Below, one piece after another: positions 19,711 through 29,151 of a stretch of DNA of 64,000 nucleotides. Location: positions 2,464,001 through 2,528,000 of the forward strand of contig OY829846.1 in assembly GCA_963691875.1 (NCBI GenBank), written 5' to 3'. Source of the stretch: Aureliella sp. (lineage in GTDB: Bacteria > Planctomycetota > Planctomycetia > Pirellulales > Pirellulaceae). The position numbers and the translations under genes are program-made. Position 1 is the first letter of the stretch. Each line of letters opens with the position of its first letter. The notes beneath the pieces are model-generated. The model did not search any database. It was given only the letters and a program-made list of their open reading frames with translations, and was not told the DNA's origin.

Positions 19711-20672
19711 CTAACCGAATAGGTGGTTGCCTGTTCAAGTCATCCTTCGGCGTAAGTTCGATCGTGATGGTCTCGTTGTTTACGGCATCCACGCTCCGAG
19801 CCCAAACCTCACCCATCACGGACATCGCATTCGCGCCCGATGGCAAATCACTTGTCAGTTGCTCGCAACAAGGTTTGCAAGTTTTCAGCTGGCCTGAGTT
19901 ACGTGTGCAAAAGACAATCAAGGCTTCATCTGCAAATTTGCACTGCGTCGTTTTTTCGCCAGATGGCAAGCGACTCGCGGTAGGAGGCGGAACTCCATCT
20001 GTAGAAGGCGCCGTTGAAGTTTTCTCGTGGCCTGAATTCAAGTCACAAATGAAGTTGTCGAAGCACGATGATTCCGTCGTGGCAGTTGCTTGGCGAGGTA
20101 TCAACAGTCTGGTCGCCGCGAGTCTCGATCGTTCGTTAACCCAATGGAATCCGGAAACGAGAGAGTTGGTTACGACCTATCGAGGTCACTCGCGTGGAGT
20201 AAGCTCGGCATGCATTCTAAAGACGGGAGAAATGGTGACTGCCGGCCACGATCAATCGGTTCGCGTGTGGAACGGCGAAACGGGAGCGTTGATGCTCAGT
20301 TTGAACCAACACTCCAAGCCCATTAATTCAATGGCAGTCTGTCCCGCATCAGCAGGCAAACCCATGGTCGCCACGGCTGCGGAAGATCGCACCATTCGTT
20401 TCTGGCAACCCACGATTGGCCGCATGATGCGTTATGTCCGGCTTGATTCCGAACCGCTTGATATCGCATGGATGAGTGAATCACAGATTGTCGCCAGTTG
20501 TGTTGACGGCCAAGCGCGTGTGGTCGACACCGATAATGTCGAGGTCCTCCATACGATTCCGGTGATCAAAGGCTGGGCCTACGCAGTCGCCCGCCATCCG
20601 CATGACGGAACCCTTGCCATCGCAGGCAGCGACGGCCAGCTCCGTCGAGTCGGACTTCAAGCATCGAATTAG
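19707..20672 (+). CDS. WD40-repeat secreted protein
   Basis: Repeated FSPDGK, GH..DxSVRVW units; signal peptide. Confidence 0.9.
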   Translation: MTNRIGGCLFKSSFGVSSIVMVSLFTASTLRAQTSPITDIAFAPDGKSLVSCSQQGLQVFSWPELRVQKTIKASSANLHCVVFSPDGKRLAVGGGTPSVEGAVEVFSWPEFKSQMKLSKHDDSVVAVAWRGINSLVAASLDRSLTQWNPETRELVTTYRGHSRGVSSACILKTGEMVTAGHDQSVRVWNGETGALMLSLNQHSKPINSMAVCPASAGKPMVATAAEDRTIRFWQPTIGRMMRYVRLDSEPLDIAWMSESQIVASCVDGQARVVDTDNVEVLHTIPVIKGWAYAVARHPHDGTLAIAGSDGQLRRVGLQASN

Positions 20673-20679
20673 AGTTGCG

Positions 20680-20704
20680 CTCCACAACTCCTCCAGTTGT
20701 GGAG
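20680..20704. terminator. Perfect 10-bp hairpin ending module 1
   Basis: CTCCACAACT-CCTCC-AGTTGTGGAG; no clear U-tract. Confidence 0.45.
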
Positions 20705-20942
20705 AATTCTCCGAGACAGAAGTCAGATCATCCGTCGCGGTTTCGCGGAAGATCCAATCTGCTGAGGTTGGACAAACTTAAGCCGCATCGGCGTTTCGAC
20801 CGAAGCCCGAAATCCGACGGGCAAGGTGGCTCTTAGGTCCTGCAAACAGATCACGCAAGTATTGCCATAAAATGGCTGCAGACCATTAGTTGGGATGTTT
20901 GCAGTTCGACAACACCGCGCCGAAAAAGTTCTAACCTTGTCT

Positions 20943-21128
20943 TATCGCCCCAACTTGAAATTAAAACAGTTCGCCTCATGGCGAGCTGTTTTTCTCGGAG
21001 TTTCAACGCCGCACTGTTTTCCCATTTTGTTTTGGCGGTTCAAACGTGCCCCGATGTCACCATTGCGATCCGTTGTCTTCCGTAACTTCCTGCCCGGTAA
21101 CCATTTAGCGAGTTCAAATCCCGTCGCC
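20943..21128 (+). repeat. tRNA-Pro-3'-associated repeat, copy B (att-like remnant)
   Basis: TATCGCCCCAACTT matches the tRNA end TATCACCCCGACTT at 12/14; TGGCGAGCTGTTTTTCTC and AACCATTTAGCGAGTTCAAATCCCGTCGCC are identical to copy A. Confidence 0.85.
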
Positions 21129-21376
21129 TCCTCAGAGAGGCTCCGGCAGAGGTTAGGGCCTCGCTACGCCGTTGTAGCTGCAGAGATCGCAATCAACGCC
21201 TCAACTTGCAGGCAACTAGATTCTGCCGAAGTCGATGCAACCGACTTCACGAGGAAATCACCGCTCGTGCTCGCGGTGTGGGGACCGAAGCGAGTGACGC
21301 GTTTCGCACGTTACTGACTCAGGCGACTGGATTCGAGTCCAAGCAGGGTGAGCTTTCGGACTCTACGTAAACATTA

Positions 21377-21415
21377 GAACCTCGATGACTAACTGCGGTC
21401 GAGGGTTTCTTTTTT
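21377..21415 (+). terminator. Intrinsic-terminator-like hairpin
   Basis: GAACCTCGA..TCGAGGGTTTC followed by TTTTTT. Confidence 0.55.
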
Positions 21416-21723
21416 GTGCACAAGGCTCGGCCCGTGTTCGAACAACTCCGGAGTCCAGCCGAGACTGTTAATTTGGCGGGTAGTTTCGATCTGGCTATAG
21501 TTCTGAGGGCAAGTTTTGGGCTTTGGACGACATCATGAGTGCTCGAATTCAGATTGCTGAGGTTATCAACGAACATGTGCAAGAAGGGGAGGCGAGTCGT
21601 GCTGGCTCCCCCAAGCTGAAAGCTTGAGCACTATGCCGTTCACTCAGCAGGGTGTGGTGACATTGCGCCCAAAATGGAAAAAAAATGTCAGGATTTCGTT
21701 TCGGCATCCGTTCTACTTCTGTT

Positions 21724-22248
21724 ATGGCACTTTCCGAGCATCACATTCTCCGCATCCTTATGAAATCCCGCGACCGAATTGCGGCAGCGGCGTGGGTTGT
21801 TGTTCGTGATGCTCAGGCGGCAGAAGACATCTTTCAAAATGTCGCTATCAAGGCGATGACGAAGGAAGTCAGCTTCGACGCGGAAGGGGCAGTGCATTCG
21901 TGGGCGTTTATTACGGCTCGACGGGAAGGCATTGATTGGGTGCGACGGCATCGAGGCGAATTACCGTTTCTGGATGCAGAAGTCCTCACTCTGCTTGAGA
22001 GAGATTGGCTGACTGAGAGCCAACATGAAGATTCCCGAGCGGAAGCACTACGTAGTTGTCTTGGCGAATTGCCTCAGAAATCTGGCAAGCTACTTCAGTT
22101 GCGTTATTTTGAGGGCCTTACCTGTGGGGCGATTTCCGAACGCCTCGATGTGGGACTCAACGCAATCTACAAAAGGTTGTCTCGACTGCATCAAGCTTTG
22201 AAGGAGTGTGTTGAAACGCGTCTCGCAGATGCAAAGGCGGACACATGA
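21724..22248 (+). CDS. ECF sigma-70 factor, module 2
   Basis: AAEDIFQNV..SWAF; LRSCLGELP..LRYFEG..YKRLSRLHQALKECV. Confidence 0.92.
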   Translation: MALSEHHILRILMKSRDRIAAAAWVVVRDAQAAEDIFQNVAIKAMTKEVSFDAEGAVHSWAFITARREGIDWVRRHRGELPFLDAEVLTLLERDWLTESQHEDSRAEALRSCLGELPQKSGKLLQLRYFEGLTCGAISERLDVGLNAIYKRLSRLHQALKECVETRLADAKADT

Positions 22249-23648
22249 ATGAACACAATTCCATGCTCGAATTGTTGTTGCGTTATCTCGACAACGAATT
22301 GCCTGCGGACGAACGAACGGCCGTCGAAGACCTTCTGCGACGCGACTCTGCAGCGCGGGAGTTGGTCCGTGAAATCGCTCGGCAGGCAGTGGTCATTGCG
22401 GATGTTGCACGCGTCTGCAGCTCGGCGGACAGTGAGGGAACGGACGATCTATCCAGCGAAACGGAACCCAGCCAAACAGTACCAAGCGATATCCGGGGAC
22501 CTGTGGCAACGCGCCGGAAATCGCTGATGGCGGTTGCCGCCACTGCTCTTCTTGTGGTGACGGCAAGCTTGTTCCGTCAAGGCGGTGAGCCAGAGATCGC
22601 AACAATCACGGCACTGAACGGTCCGGTTCAGTGGATCGGCAGTGGTGGTCGCGTGACGGAGGAACTTGTCGTGGGCGGAACTCTGCCTGGTGGAACGATC
22701 GAACTGCTGGGTTCGGATTCATGGCTCGAGTTTAAATTTTTCGATGAATCGACAGTCACACTCGCGGGGCAAACAGCAGTCACTGTTTCTGAACGGAAGC
22801 AAAAGAAACTGCACCTACGATATGGCAGTATTTCTGCCAGCGTCCAGCCACAGCCACCCAATCGCCCCATGCTGGTGCACACTACCACTGCTGAATTACG
22901 GGTTCTGGGCACGCAGTTCAATGTCGATGCTCTGCCTGAAGCGACGCGGCTCACTGTGAATGAAGGTCGCGTACGACTGAAGCGGTTGAGGGATGGGAGA
23001 GAAGTCGATGTGCCAGCGAAGCACGAGGTGACGGCTTCGTTGAAAGATCAAAATGGATTGCCTCTGAGCGTACGAGGAAGAGCCGTTTCTGTTTGGAAGA
23101 GCAATCTGAGGGTAGATGTTATTCGGGGAAAGTGGCTGTCTGATCATTGGATGCTCGGAATGCAGCTCAAGAGAGCCGTCCGGAGTGGTGAGATGAACAA
23201 GGCGGATGCCGTAGAGGCTTTCAAAAACGCAGCGGCCCTGGACGCTGATGGCGGGAGCATCTGGGCCGATGCTTCGCCATACGGATCGTTGGTCCTTTTG
23301 TCGGTGGCGCAGTCGTCTTCGGTGCCGGTCACGCTTAACGCCAACACAATCATCCGTATCGAAGGCCGACTGCATTCACCCGGTGCAGTGAAGTTTGGTA
23401 TCACGACGAAGAAGGCAGCCGGGGGGTTCGGTGGGAAATACAGCATCACCGTTGAAGATAACGTCCTGCGTGGTGACGATCCGGGCAGCGACGATAACTC
23501 GTTTGTGGTTGAACTGCCACTGAACAAGTTCAACGAAGAAACTGAGTTTGGTGACTCGTTGATTGGAAAAGAGCTCAGTGACTGGTGGTGTGTGGGCCAG
23601 TCATCGTCAGCGAAACTTGAGATCACCAACGTCGAATTGATTGAGTAA
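22245..23648 (+). CDS. FecR-domain anti-sigma factor, module 2 (paralog of 13002..14417)
   Basis: 4-bp overlap with the sigma gene; TM helix; TTTAELRVLGTQF; same C-terminal architecture. Confidence 0.9.
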   Translation: MNEHNSMLELLLRYLDNELPADERTAVEDLLRRDSAARELVREIARQAVVIADVARVCSSADSEGTDDLSSETEPSQTVPSDIRGPVATRRKSLMAVAATALLVVTASLFRQGGEPEIATITALNGPVQWIGSGGRVTEELVVGGTLPGGTIELLGSDSWLEFKFFDESTVTLAGQTAVTVSERKQKKLHLRYGSISASVQPQPPNRPMLVHTTTAELRVLGTQFNVDALPEATRLTVNEGRVRLKRLRDGREVDVPAKHEVTASLKDQNGLPLSVRGRAVSVWKSNLRVDVIRGKWLSDHWMLGMQLKRAVRSGEMNKADAVEAFKNAAALDADGGSIWADASPYGSLVLLSVAQSSSVPVTLNANTIIRIEGRLHSPGAVKFGITTKKAAGGFGGKYSITVEDNVLRGDDPGSDDNSFVVELPLNKFNEETEFGDSLIGKELSDWWCVGQSSSAKLEITNVELIE

Positions 23649-23748
23649 TCTTGGACAAGATTTTCCACCCCTACAGCTTCACGCCCGTTTCTTAATCCCT
23701 TCAGATGAATCTATGTTGTCAAAGAAGCCAAGCTCGTACCCCGAAGCC

Positions 23749-25257
23749 ATGAAACATATCGCCTTCACATTGATCACCTTGGTCCTATCTCAATTCGCAG
23801 ACGCCGATGAGCACTGGAACCAGTTCCGCGGCCACTCAGGAAACGGTATTTCCTCTGAGAAGAGCCCACCGGTAGAGTTCGACGAAGCCAGAAACGTTCG
23901 CTGGAAGACCAGAATTCCAGACTCCGGCTGGTCATCACCTGTGGTGTGGGGCAATGAAATCTGGCTAACCACCGGCAGCGACGAGAACAGAGAACTCCGC
24001 GCGATCTGTGTCGATGTCGGAACTGGCAAGATCATAAGGAACATCAAGGTGTTTGATATGATCGAGCGCAAAGTTGACTCGGCGTACGCCTTTGACTCTC
24101 CACATCTGAACAGTCCGGCAACACCGACGTCGGTGGTGGAAGAGGATCGACTCTACGTTAGCTTCGGCTCGCAAGGGATCGCATGCCTGGACCGCCAAAC
24201 AGGCGAGAACATCTGGGAGCGCCGAGACCTGCGAATCTACCAACCGGTTCGGCAAGGCTCTTCGCCCATCGTGGACGATGAGAACCTGTATGTGGCGTTC
24301 GACGGCACGGACCAACAGTTCTTTGTGGCACTAGACAAAGAAACCGGCGACACGCGTTGGAAGGTCGATCGCAACGTTGATACCGATTATCGCGCGGCGC
24401 TTTCTGACCGTGGGCTGTCTCCGAAGAAGGGCGGCAAGCCGAACGATAACAAGAAATCGTTTGCAACGGCCACGTTGATTGAAGTCGAGGGGCAACGTCA
24501 ACTCATTGCACCTGCGGCAGAGGCGATCATTTCCTACGATCCAGTGACGGGTAAAGAGCTGTGGCGAACGGTGCATCCCGGGGGGTTCAATGTGGCTGCA
24601 CGCCCCATATATGCAAGCGGCTTGGTTTTTGTATTCACCAGTGGTTTGAATAATCACCTGATGGGGATTCGGCCAGACGGAACTGGAACTGTAACAGATT
24701 CCCACATTGCTTGGTCCACTTATAGAAGCACGCCGGAAATCCCCTCGCCCGTTATCGTTAACGATTTGCTGTTCATGGTAACTGCCAAGGGCGGCATCGC
24801 TCGCTGTCTTGACGCGAAGACTGGCGACGAGATTTGGAAGAAACGACTTGGCGGAGACCATTGGGCATCACCGATTCTCGCGGATGGAAAGCTCTACTTC
24901 AGTAGCAAGCTAGGTGAAATCACGGTGCTCACGGCGACCGAGGACGATCCCCAGACGCTCGCATCGAATAAACTGAACGCAGAGTTCATTGCTTCGCCTG
25001 CCGTTGCCGGCGACTCGCTGATTCTTAGGTCAACGACGCATTTGTACTGCATTACTGACGGACATTATCGCACTCCAGAGCAGGTCGCTGCTGACGTTTA
25101 TCCGAAACGACGCGAAAAGGGACAAAGCAGGGCGAAGAATACCTCGCCAAACGAAGGCCTTGCGGCCCTCAGTAGTCAGCTAAGGGAAATGGTCAAAGCC
25201 GGAAAACTAACGCGTAAGGAAGCTTTCGAGCTGTATCAAACTGCCGCAGGCAAGTGA
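23749..25257 (+). CDS. PQQ-binding-like beta-propeller (BamB-like) secreted protein with C-terminal helical tag
   Basis: WNQFRG..GNG, GWSSPVV, GSSPIV, ASPILADGKLYF, ASPAV..LRS. Confidence 0.9.
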   Translation: MKHIAFTLITLVLSQFADADEHWNQFRGHSGNGISSEKSPPVEFDEARNVRWKTRIPDSGWSSPVVWGNEIWLTTGSDENRELRAICVDVGTGKIIRNIKVFDMIERKVDSAYAFDSPHLNSPATPTSVVEEDRLYVSFGSQGIACLDRQTGENIWERRDLRIYQPVRQGSSPIVDDENLYVAFDGTDQQFFVALDKETGDTRWKVDRNVDTDYRAALSDRGLSPKKGGKPNDNKKSFATATLIEVEGQRQLIAPAAEAIISYDPVTGKELWRTVHPGGFNVAARPIYASGLVFVFTSGLNNHLMGIRPDGTGTVTDSHIAWSTYRSTPEIPSPVIVNDLLFMVTAKGGIARCLDAKTGDEIWKKRLGGDHWASPILADGKLYFSSKLGEITVLTATEDDPQTLASNKLNAEFIASPAVAGDSLILRSTTHLYCITDGHYRTPEQVAADVYPKRREKGQSRAKNTSPNEGLAALSSQLREMVKAGKLTRKEAFELYQTAAGK

Positions 25258-25311
25258 TATCAATCCAATCTGTAACATTTCAGCCTCCGTTTAGTAGGGG
25301 AAGAATCAAGT

Positions 25312-26481
25312 ATGAAAAAGACGAACCTATTTCTCTTTCTGTTGTTAGCAGTCTCTTGCGGCAACATCTTTGCTCAGGACAAGTCAAAGGTCGACTGGGA
25401 TGCTGCTTACGAACGACTTCTTGAGGCGGACCAAGGTGTTCGTAAGAAAATCGAAAGCGGACAAGCAACCAAAGAAGAGGTAATTAACTGGTTGAAGAAT
25501 CAAAAAGGCGATTCTGCGAAGAAGCTGGGCCAGAAGAAGCCTGCTGCAAACAAGGGCGAAGCGGAGGATCTCAGTGCCTTCAAAAACAAGCTTGCTGAAC
25601 TGGTGAAAGCCGGAAAACTCTCGAGAGAAGATGCGGCCAAACTCGCTGCGACGATGGAAACCAAGGGAGCGGTAAAGGCTGAAGTCAAGAAAGAGGATAA
25701 CGTAGATTGGGACGCCGCATATGAAAAACTGCTGGCGAACCCAGCAGCTCGTCAAAAAATTAAAAGCTCCGGGGCAACCAAAGAAGAAGTGATCGACTAT
25801 CTAAAAAGTCAAGCTGCGGCAAAAGGTGGCACAGACAAGAAGCGAGGCGTAGGTAGAGGGAAATCAGGAGCTCGGCCGGGCAGTTTCCAGTTTTACTCGC
25901 TCGTTATCGGACGCCTAAAGTCAAAAGACATTGAGCTCGGTGAGTTGGAAATGGATATTGATTATGTCATCAGTTCCCGCCCCAAATTGAATGCCGATCT
26001 CATCGGCACTCGCGTCAAACTCGTTGGGGTCTCAGGAAAATATTTGGATTCCTTGTTGCCAATCAAACGTGGCGAAACGATCAAAGTTCGAACCGGAGAC
26101 TTTAATCCCGAAACAAGAGTTCTGGGGTTTGGCTTCAAGTTTCATGTGCTTGAGCGTACAGAGCCTTTCAAGCCTGGTGATTTTGGAGTCCCACCTGAGG
26201 AGTTTCGTGGCTTCAGCGGCGAACTCTCTGGAAAGATCGTCGAGGCGGTTGGCTATGAGGTGCTGCTTCAGGTGAAACAGAGTAATCCGTCAGACGACAG
26301 CCAAGCCAAAGATGCGGCAAGCATTGTTGGCAAACGCATACGCATCGCCGGGTTCTATAACCAGCATAGTGAAGCCTTCGCAGATCTGAGCGAAGGCGAC
26401 GAGATTCGAGTCAGCGTCACTCATCGCGACACGAAAAGCGATGCCATCGACGTCACGGATAAGCTGGAAACGGTCGAGTGA
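25312..26481 (+). CDS. Secreted hypothetical protein with internal repeats
   Basis: Signal peptide; two VDWDAAYE(R/K)LL..ATKEEVI units flanking LAELVKAGKLSREDA. Confidence 0.8.
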   Translation: MKKTNLFLFLLLAVSCGNIFAQDKSKVDWDAAYERLLEADQGVRKKIESGQATKEEVINWLKNQKGDSAKKLGQKKPAANKGEAEDLSAFKNKLAELVKAGKLSREDAAKLAATMETKGAVKAEVKKEDNVDWDAAYEKLLANPAARQKIKSSGATKEEVIDYLKSQAAAKGGTDKKRGVGRGKSGARPGSFQFYSLVIGRLKSKDIELGELEMDIDYVISSRPKLNADLIGTRVKLVGVSGKYLDSLLPIKRGETIKVRTGDFNPETRVLGFGFKFHVLERTEPFKPGDFGVPPEEFRGFSGELSGKIVEAVGYEVLLQVKQSNPSDDSQAKDAASIVGKRIRIAGFYNQHSEAFADLSEGDEIRVSVTHRDTKSDAIDVTDKLETVE

Positions 26482-26507
26482 TTCCAACGGAAGGCAAGGT
26501 CTACGAT

Positions 26508-29144
26508 ATGAAACACCTTATCATCCTGTTGTTGTTGCTCGCCGCATCTGTTCGGGCAGACGATGTTGTACCAATGACAATTCGCCCGGCCTCCGAGCGG
26601 TTTGCAGAGCGTGACACGCAAGGTGTCCCCGACTTTCAAAGGCACGTGGTGCCTTTACTGGGGAAACTTGGATGCAACTCGGCGAAATGTCATGGATCGT
26701 TTCAAGGGCAAGGCGAGTTTCGTTTGTCGCTGTTTGGATTCGACTTCCAGTCCGATCACGCGGCACTCCAAGCGGACGCCTACTCCGAAGAAGGCGGGCG
26801 ACTGCACGTGGGTGATCCCGCGAACAGCCTAATCGTTCTCAAGCCGACCGAGCAAACGGATCACGAGGGCGGCCTTAGATTCGAAGAAAATTCGTGGGAA
26901 CACCACCTGTTGCTTCGCTGGATCGAGTCGGGCGCAAAAGGGGCCATTGATTCGGGTGGACCAATCACGAATCATTTTGACAACGAATCCAGTGCTTTCT
27001 TTAAGGAATCCATTCGGCCCATCCTTCAGGATCATTGCTTCGAGTGCCATGGATTCAATTCCCGCAAAGGCAACCTCTCCTTAGCCAGCCGAGAAGCGTT
27101 GCTAGCTGGCGGCGATTCCGGGCCGGTTGTCGTACCGGATAAACCTGGAGAGAGTCTGTTAGCCACTGCTGTCGAGTATTCCAACGATGAACTCCAGATG
27201 CCTCCAAGTGGCAAGCTCTCAGACGAGAAGATCGCGGCATTGAAGAAGTGGATCGAGATGGGAGCTCCGTGGCCAGATGGGTATGAGGCAGCGCCGAAAG
27301 CACCGGCTCAAGTGCTCGTTGGTCTGCACCATGAACCGAACGAAATCCTCTTCAACGAGACCAAGCATAAACAGCAGATCAGGATCATCGCCGAATGGGA
27401 AGACGGTACACGCGAGGATGTGACTTGCCTCACGCGTTACCAAACAAACGACGATGCCATCGTGCGTGTAAGCCCCAACGGGGTAGCGACCTCCACAGGC
27501 ACTGGTGACACACACATCATTGCGTTCTATGACAATGGAGTGTCGGCGATTCCTGTATTGAGATCCGTCGAGCCTACGCGTGGTAACCCGACGCGTGAGC
27601 GAGGGATCAAGACTGATGACTCGGGACGCGATACTATCCCTCGGTTACGTGTCGGGCTTCTACAGGCCTCGGATCACCCAATCGACCGATTTGTTAGCGC
27701 GAAGCTCGACAAGCTTGGGATCGCTCCATCTGAACTTTGCACAGACGCTGAGTTTCTTCGCCGAGTAAGCATCGATATGACGGGAACGCTTCCCACGCCT
27801 GAGGAGGTGTTGGCTTTTATCAGCGACAGGACGGCAGAAAAACGAACTCGGAAAATCGATGAACTTCTGGAGCGGCCGAGCTACGCTGCGTGGTGGACTA
27901 ACAAGCTGTGCGACTTCACTGGGTGCAACCCAAAGTCTATTAGCAGTCTGTTGGAAGTGGCACGAGAAGATGGCTACGTCAAAGCTTCCCAGTGGTACGA
28001 CTGGATTTACGAACGCGTCGAGCGGAATGAATCATACGATTCCATTGTGGAAGGGATCATGCTGGCAGATTTGTCGGGTGGCAGCAGCGGCATGCCACAT
28101 TTCTGGACGCGACAAAGTCTTGAGGAGCCGAAAGACACTGCCATGTCCGTCGCCCATGCATTTCTTGGTATTCAGTTGCAATGCGCGGAATGCCACAAGC
28201 ATCCGTTCGATCGGTGGACCCAGGCAGACTTCAACGATTTCTCCCGGTTCTTCGATTCCGTGACCAAGACGAAAAGTCGGTCGACGACTGACGAAGACCT
28301 GGATCTTCGGCTCCTTCGTAACGGCTTGGTAACACTTCAATCCGGCGATGATCCTCGTCAGCCAATCATGGACTGGATGCAAGATCCGAAGAACCCATGG
28401 TTTGCCCGCGCATTCGTAAATCGAGTCTGGGCTGGCTATTTCAATCGGGGCATCGTCGACCCGCCAGATCAGTTCACCCCAGCGAATCCCCCAAGTCATC
28501 CGCAACTGCTCGACTGGCTTGCAAACGGGTTTGTGGAGAACAACTATGACATGAAATGGCTTCATCGACAAATAGCATCCAGCGACACGTATCAACGAAG
28601 CTGGAAGCCTAATGAATCGAACCGCAATGATCGCCGCAACTTTAGCCGGGCTATCCCGCGGCGTATTCCCGCCGAGGTGGTGTACGACGGGATGAAACAG
28701 GCGACAGCAGCAACCGATCAGCAAGACACGGTGCGAACGAATCTCAGGCGACGCGCTTCCGGTCACTTGTCAATGCGGATGGCTGGCACTCACGCCATGA
28801 AAGTTTTTGGAAAGCCAGATCGGTCGATCAACTGTGACTGCGAACGAGTGAACGAACCGACGTTACTGCAGGCTATTTTCACGCAGAACGATCCTCTCGT
28901 TCGCATGCGAATCGCCGACAGCGTCTGGATTATCGAAATCGAGGATGCGGAGGCTGCAGGCATGCGGATCGAAAATGCGGACTTAGTCCAAAAAGTCTGG
29001 TTGCGAACGGTGGGTCGTACCCCTAACGAAGAAGAGCAGCAACGGGCGATGAAGCATCTCGAATCAGCAAACTCAGTTGCCCAAGGAATTGCCGATCTGA
29101 TGTGGGCGATGCTGAACACCAAAGAATTCTTACTTAACCACTGA
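26508..29144 (+). CDS. DUF1549/DUF1553 protein with an additional planctomycete cytochrome c (PSCyt1) domain
   Basis: GCNSAKCHG, HCFECHG..MPP..WIEMGA, FLRRVSIDMTG, CAECHKHP, EFLLNH. Confidence 0.93.
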   Translation: MKHLIILLLLLAASVRADDVVPMTIRPASERFAERDTQGVPDFQRHVVPLLGKLGCNSAKCHGSFQGQGEFRLSLFGFDFQSDHAALQADAYSEEGGRLHVGDPANSLIVLKPTEQTDHEGGLRFEENSWEHHLLLRWIESGAKGAIDSGGPITNHFDNESSAFFKESIRPILQDHCFECHGFNSRKGNLSLASREALLAGGDSGPVVVPDKPGESLLATAVEYSNDELQMPPSGKLSDEKIAALKKWIEMGAPWPDGYEAAPKAPAQVLVGLHHEPNEILFNETKHKQQIRIIAEWEDGTREDVTCLTRYQTNDDAIVRVSPNGVATSTGTGDTHIIAFYDNGVSAIPVLRSVEPTRGNPTRERGIKTDDSGRDTIPRLRVGLLQASDHPIDRFVSAKLDKLGIAPSELCTDAEFLRRVSIDMTGTLPTPEEVLAFISDRTAEKRTRKIDELLERPSYAAWWTNKLCDFTGCNPKSISSLLEVAREDGYVKASQWYDWIYERVERNESYDSIVEGIMLADLSGGSSGMPHFWTRQSLEEPKDTAMSVAHAFLGIQLQCAECHKHPFDRWTQADFNDFSRFFDSVTKTKSRSTTDEDLDLRLLRNGLVTLQSGDDPRQPIMDWMQDPKNPWFARAFVNRVWAGYFNRGIVDPPDQFTPANPPSHPQLLDWLANGFVENNYDMKWLHRQIASSDTYQRSWKPNESNRNDRRNFSRAIPRRIPAEVVYDGMKQATAATDQQDTVRTNLRRRASGHLSMRMAGTHAMKVFGKPDRSINCDCERVNEPTLLQAIFTQNDPLVRMRIADSVWIIEIEDAEAAGMRIENADLVQKVWLRTVGRTPNEEEQQRAMKHLESANSVAQGIADLMWAMLNTKEFLLNH
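27585..27658. repeat. REP-like palindromic element lying in frame inside the DUF1549 gene
   Basis: Arms AACCCGACGCGTGAGCGAGGGAT and ATCCCTCGGTTACGTGTCGGGCT are 19/23 complementary. Confidence 0.8.
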
Positions 29145-29151
29145 GGTCGCG

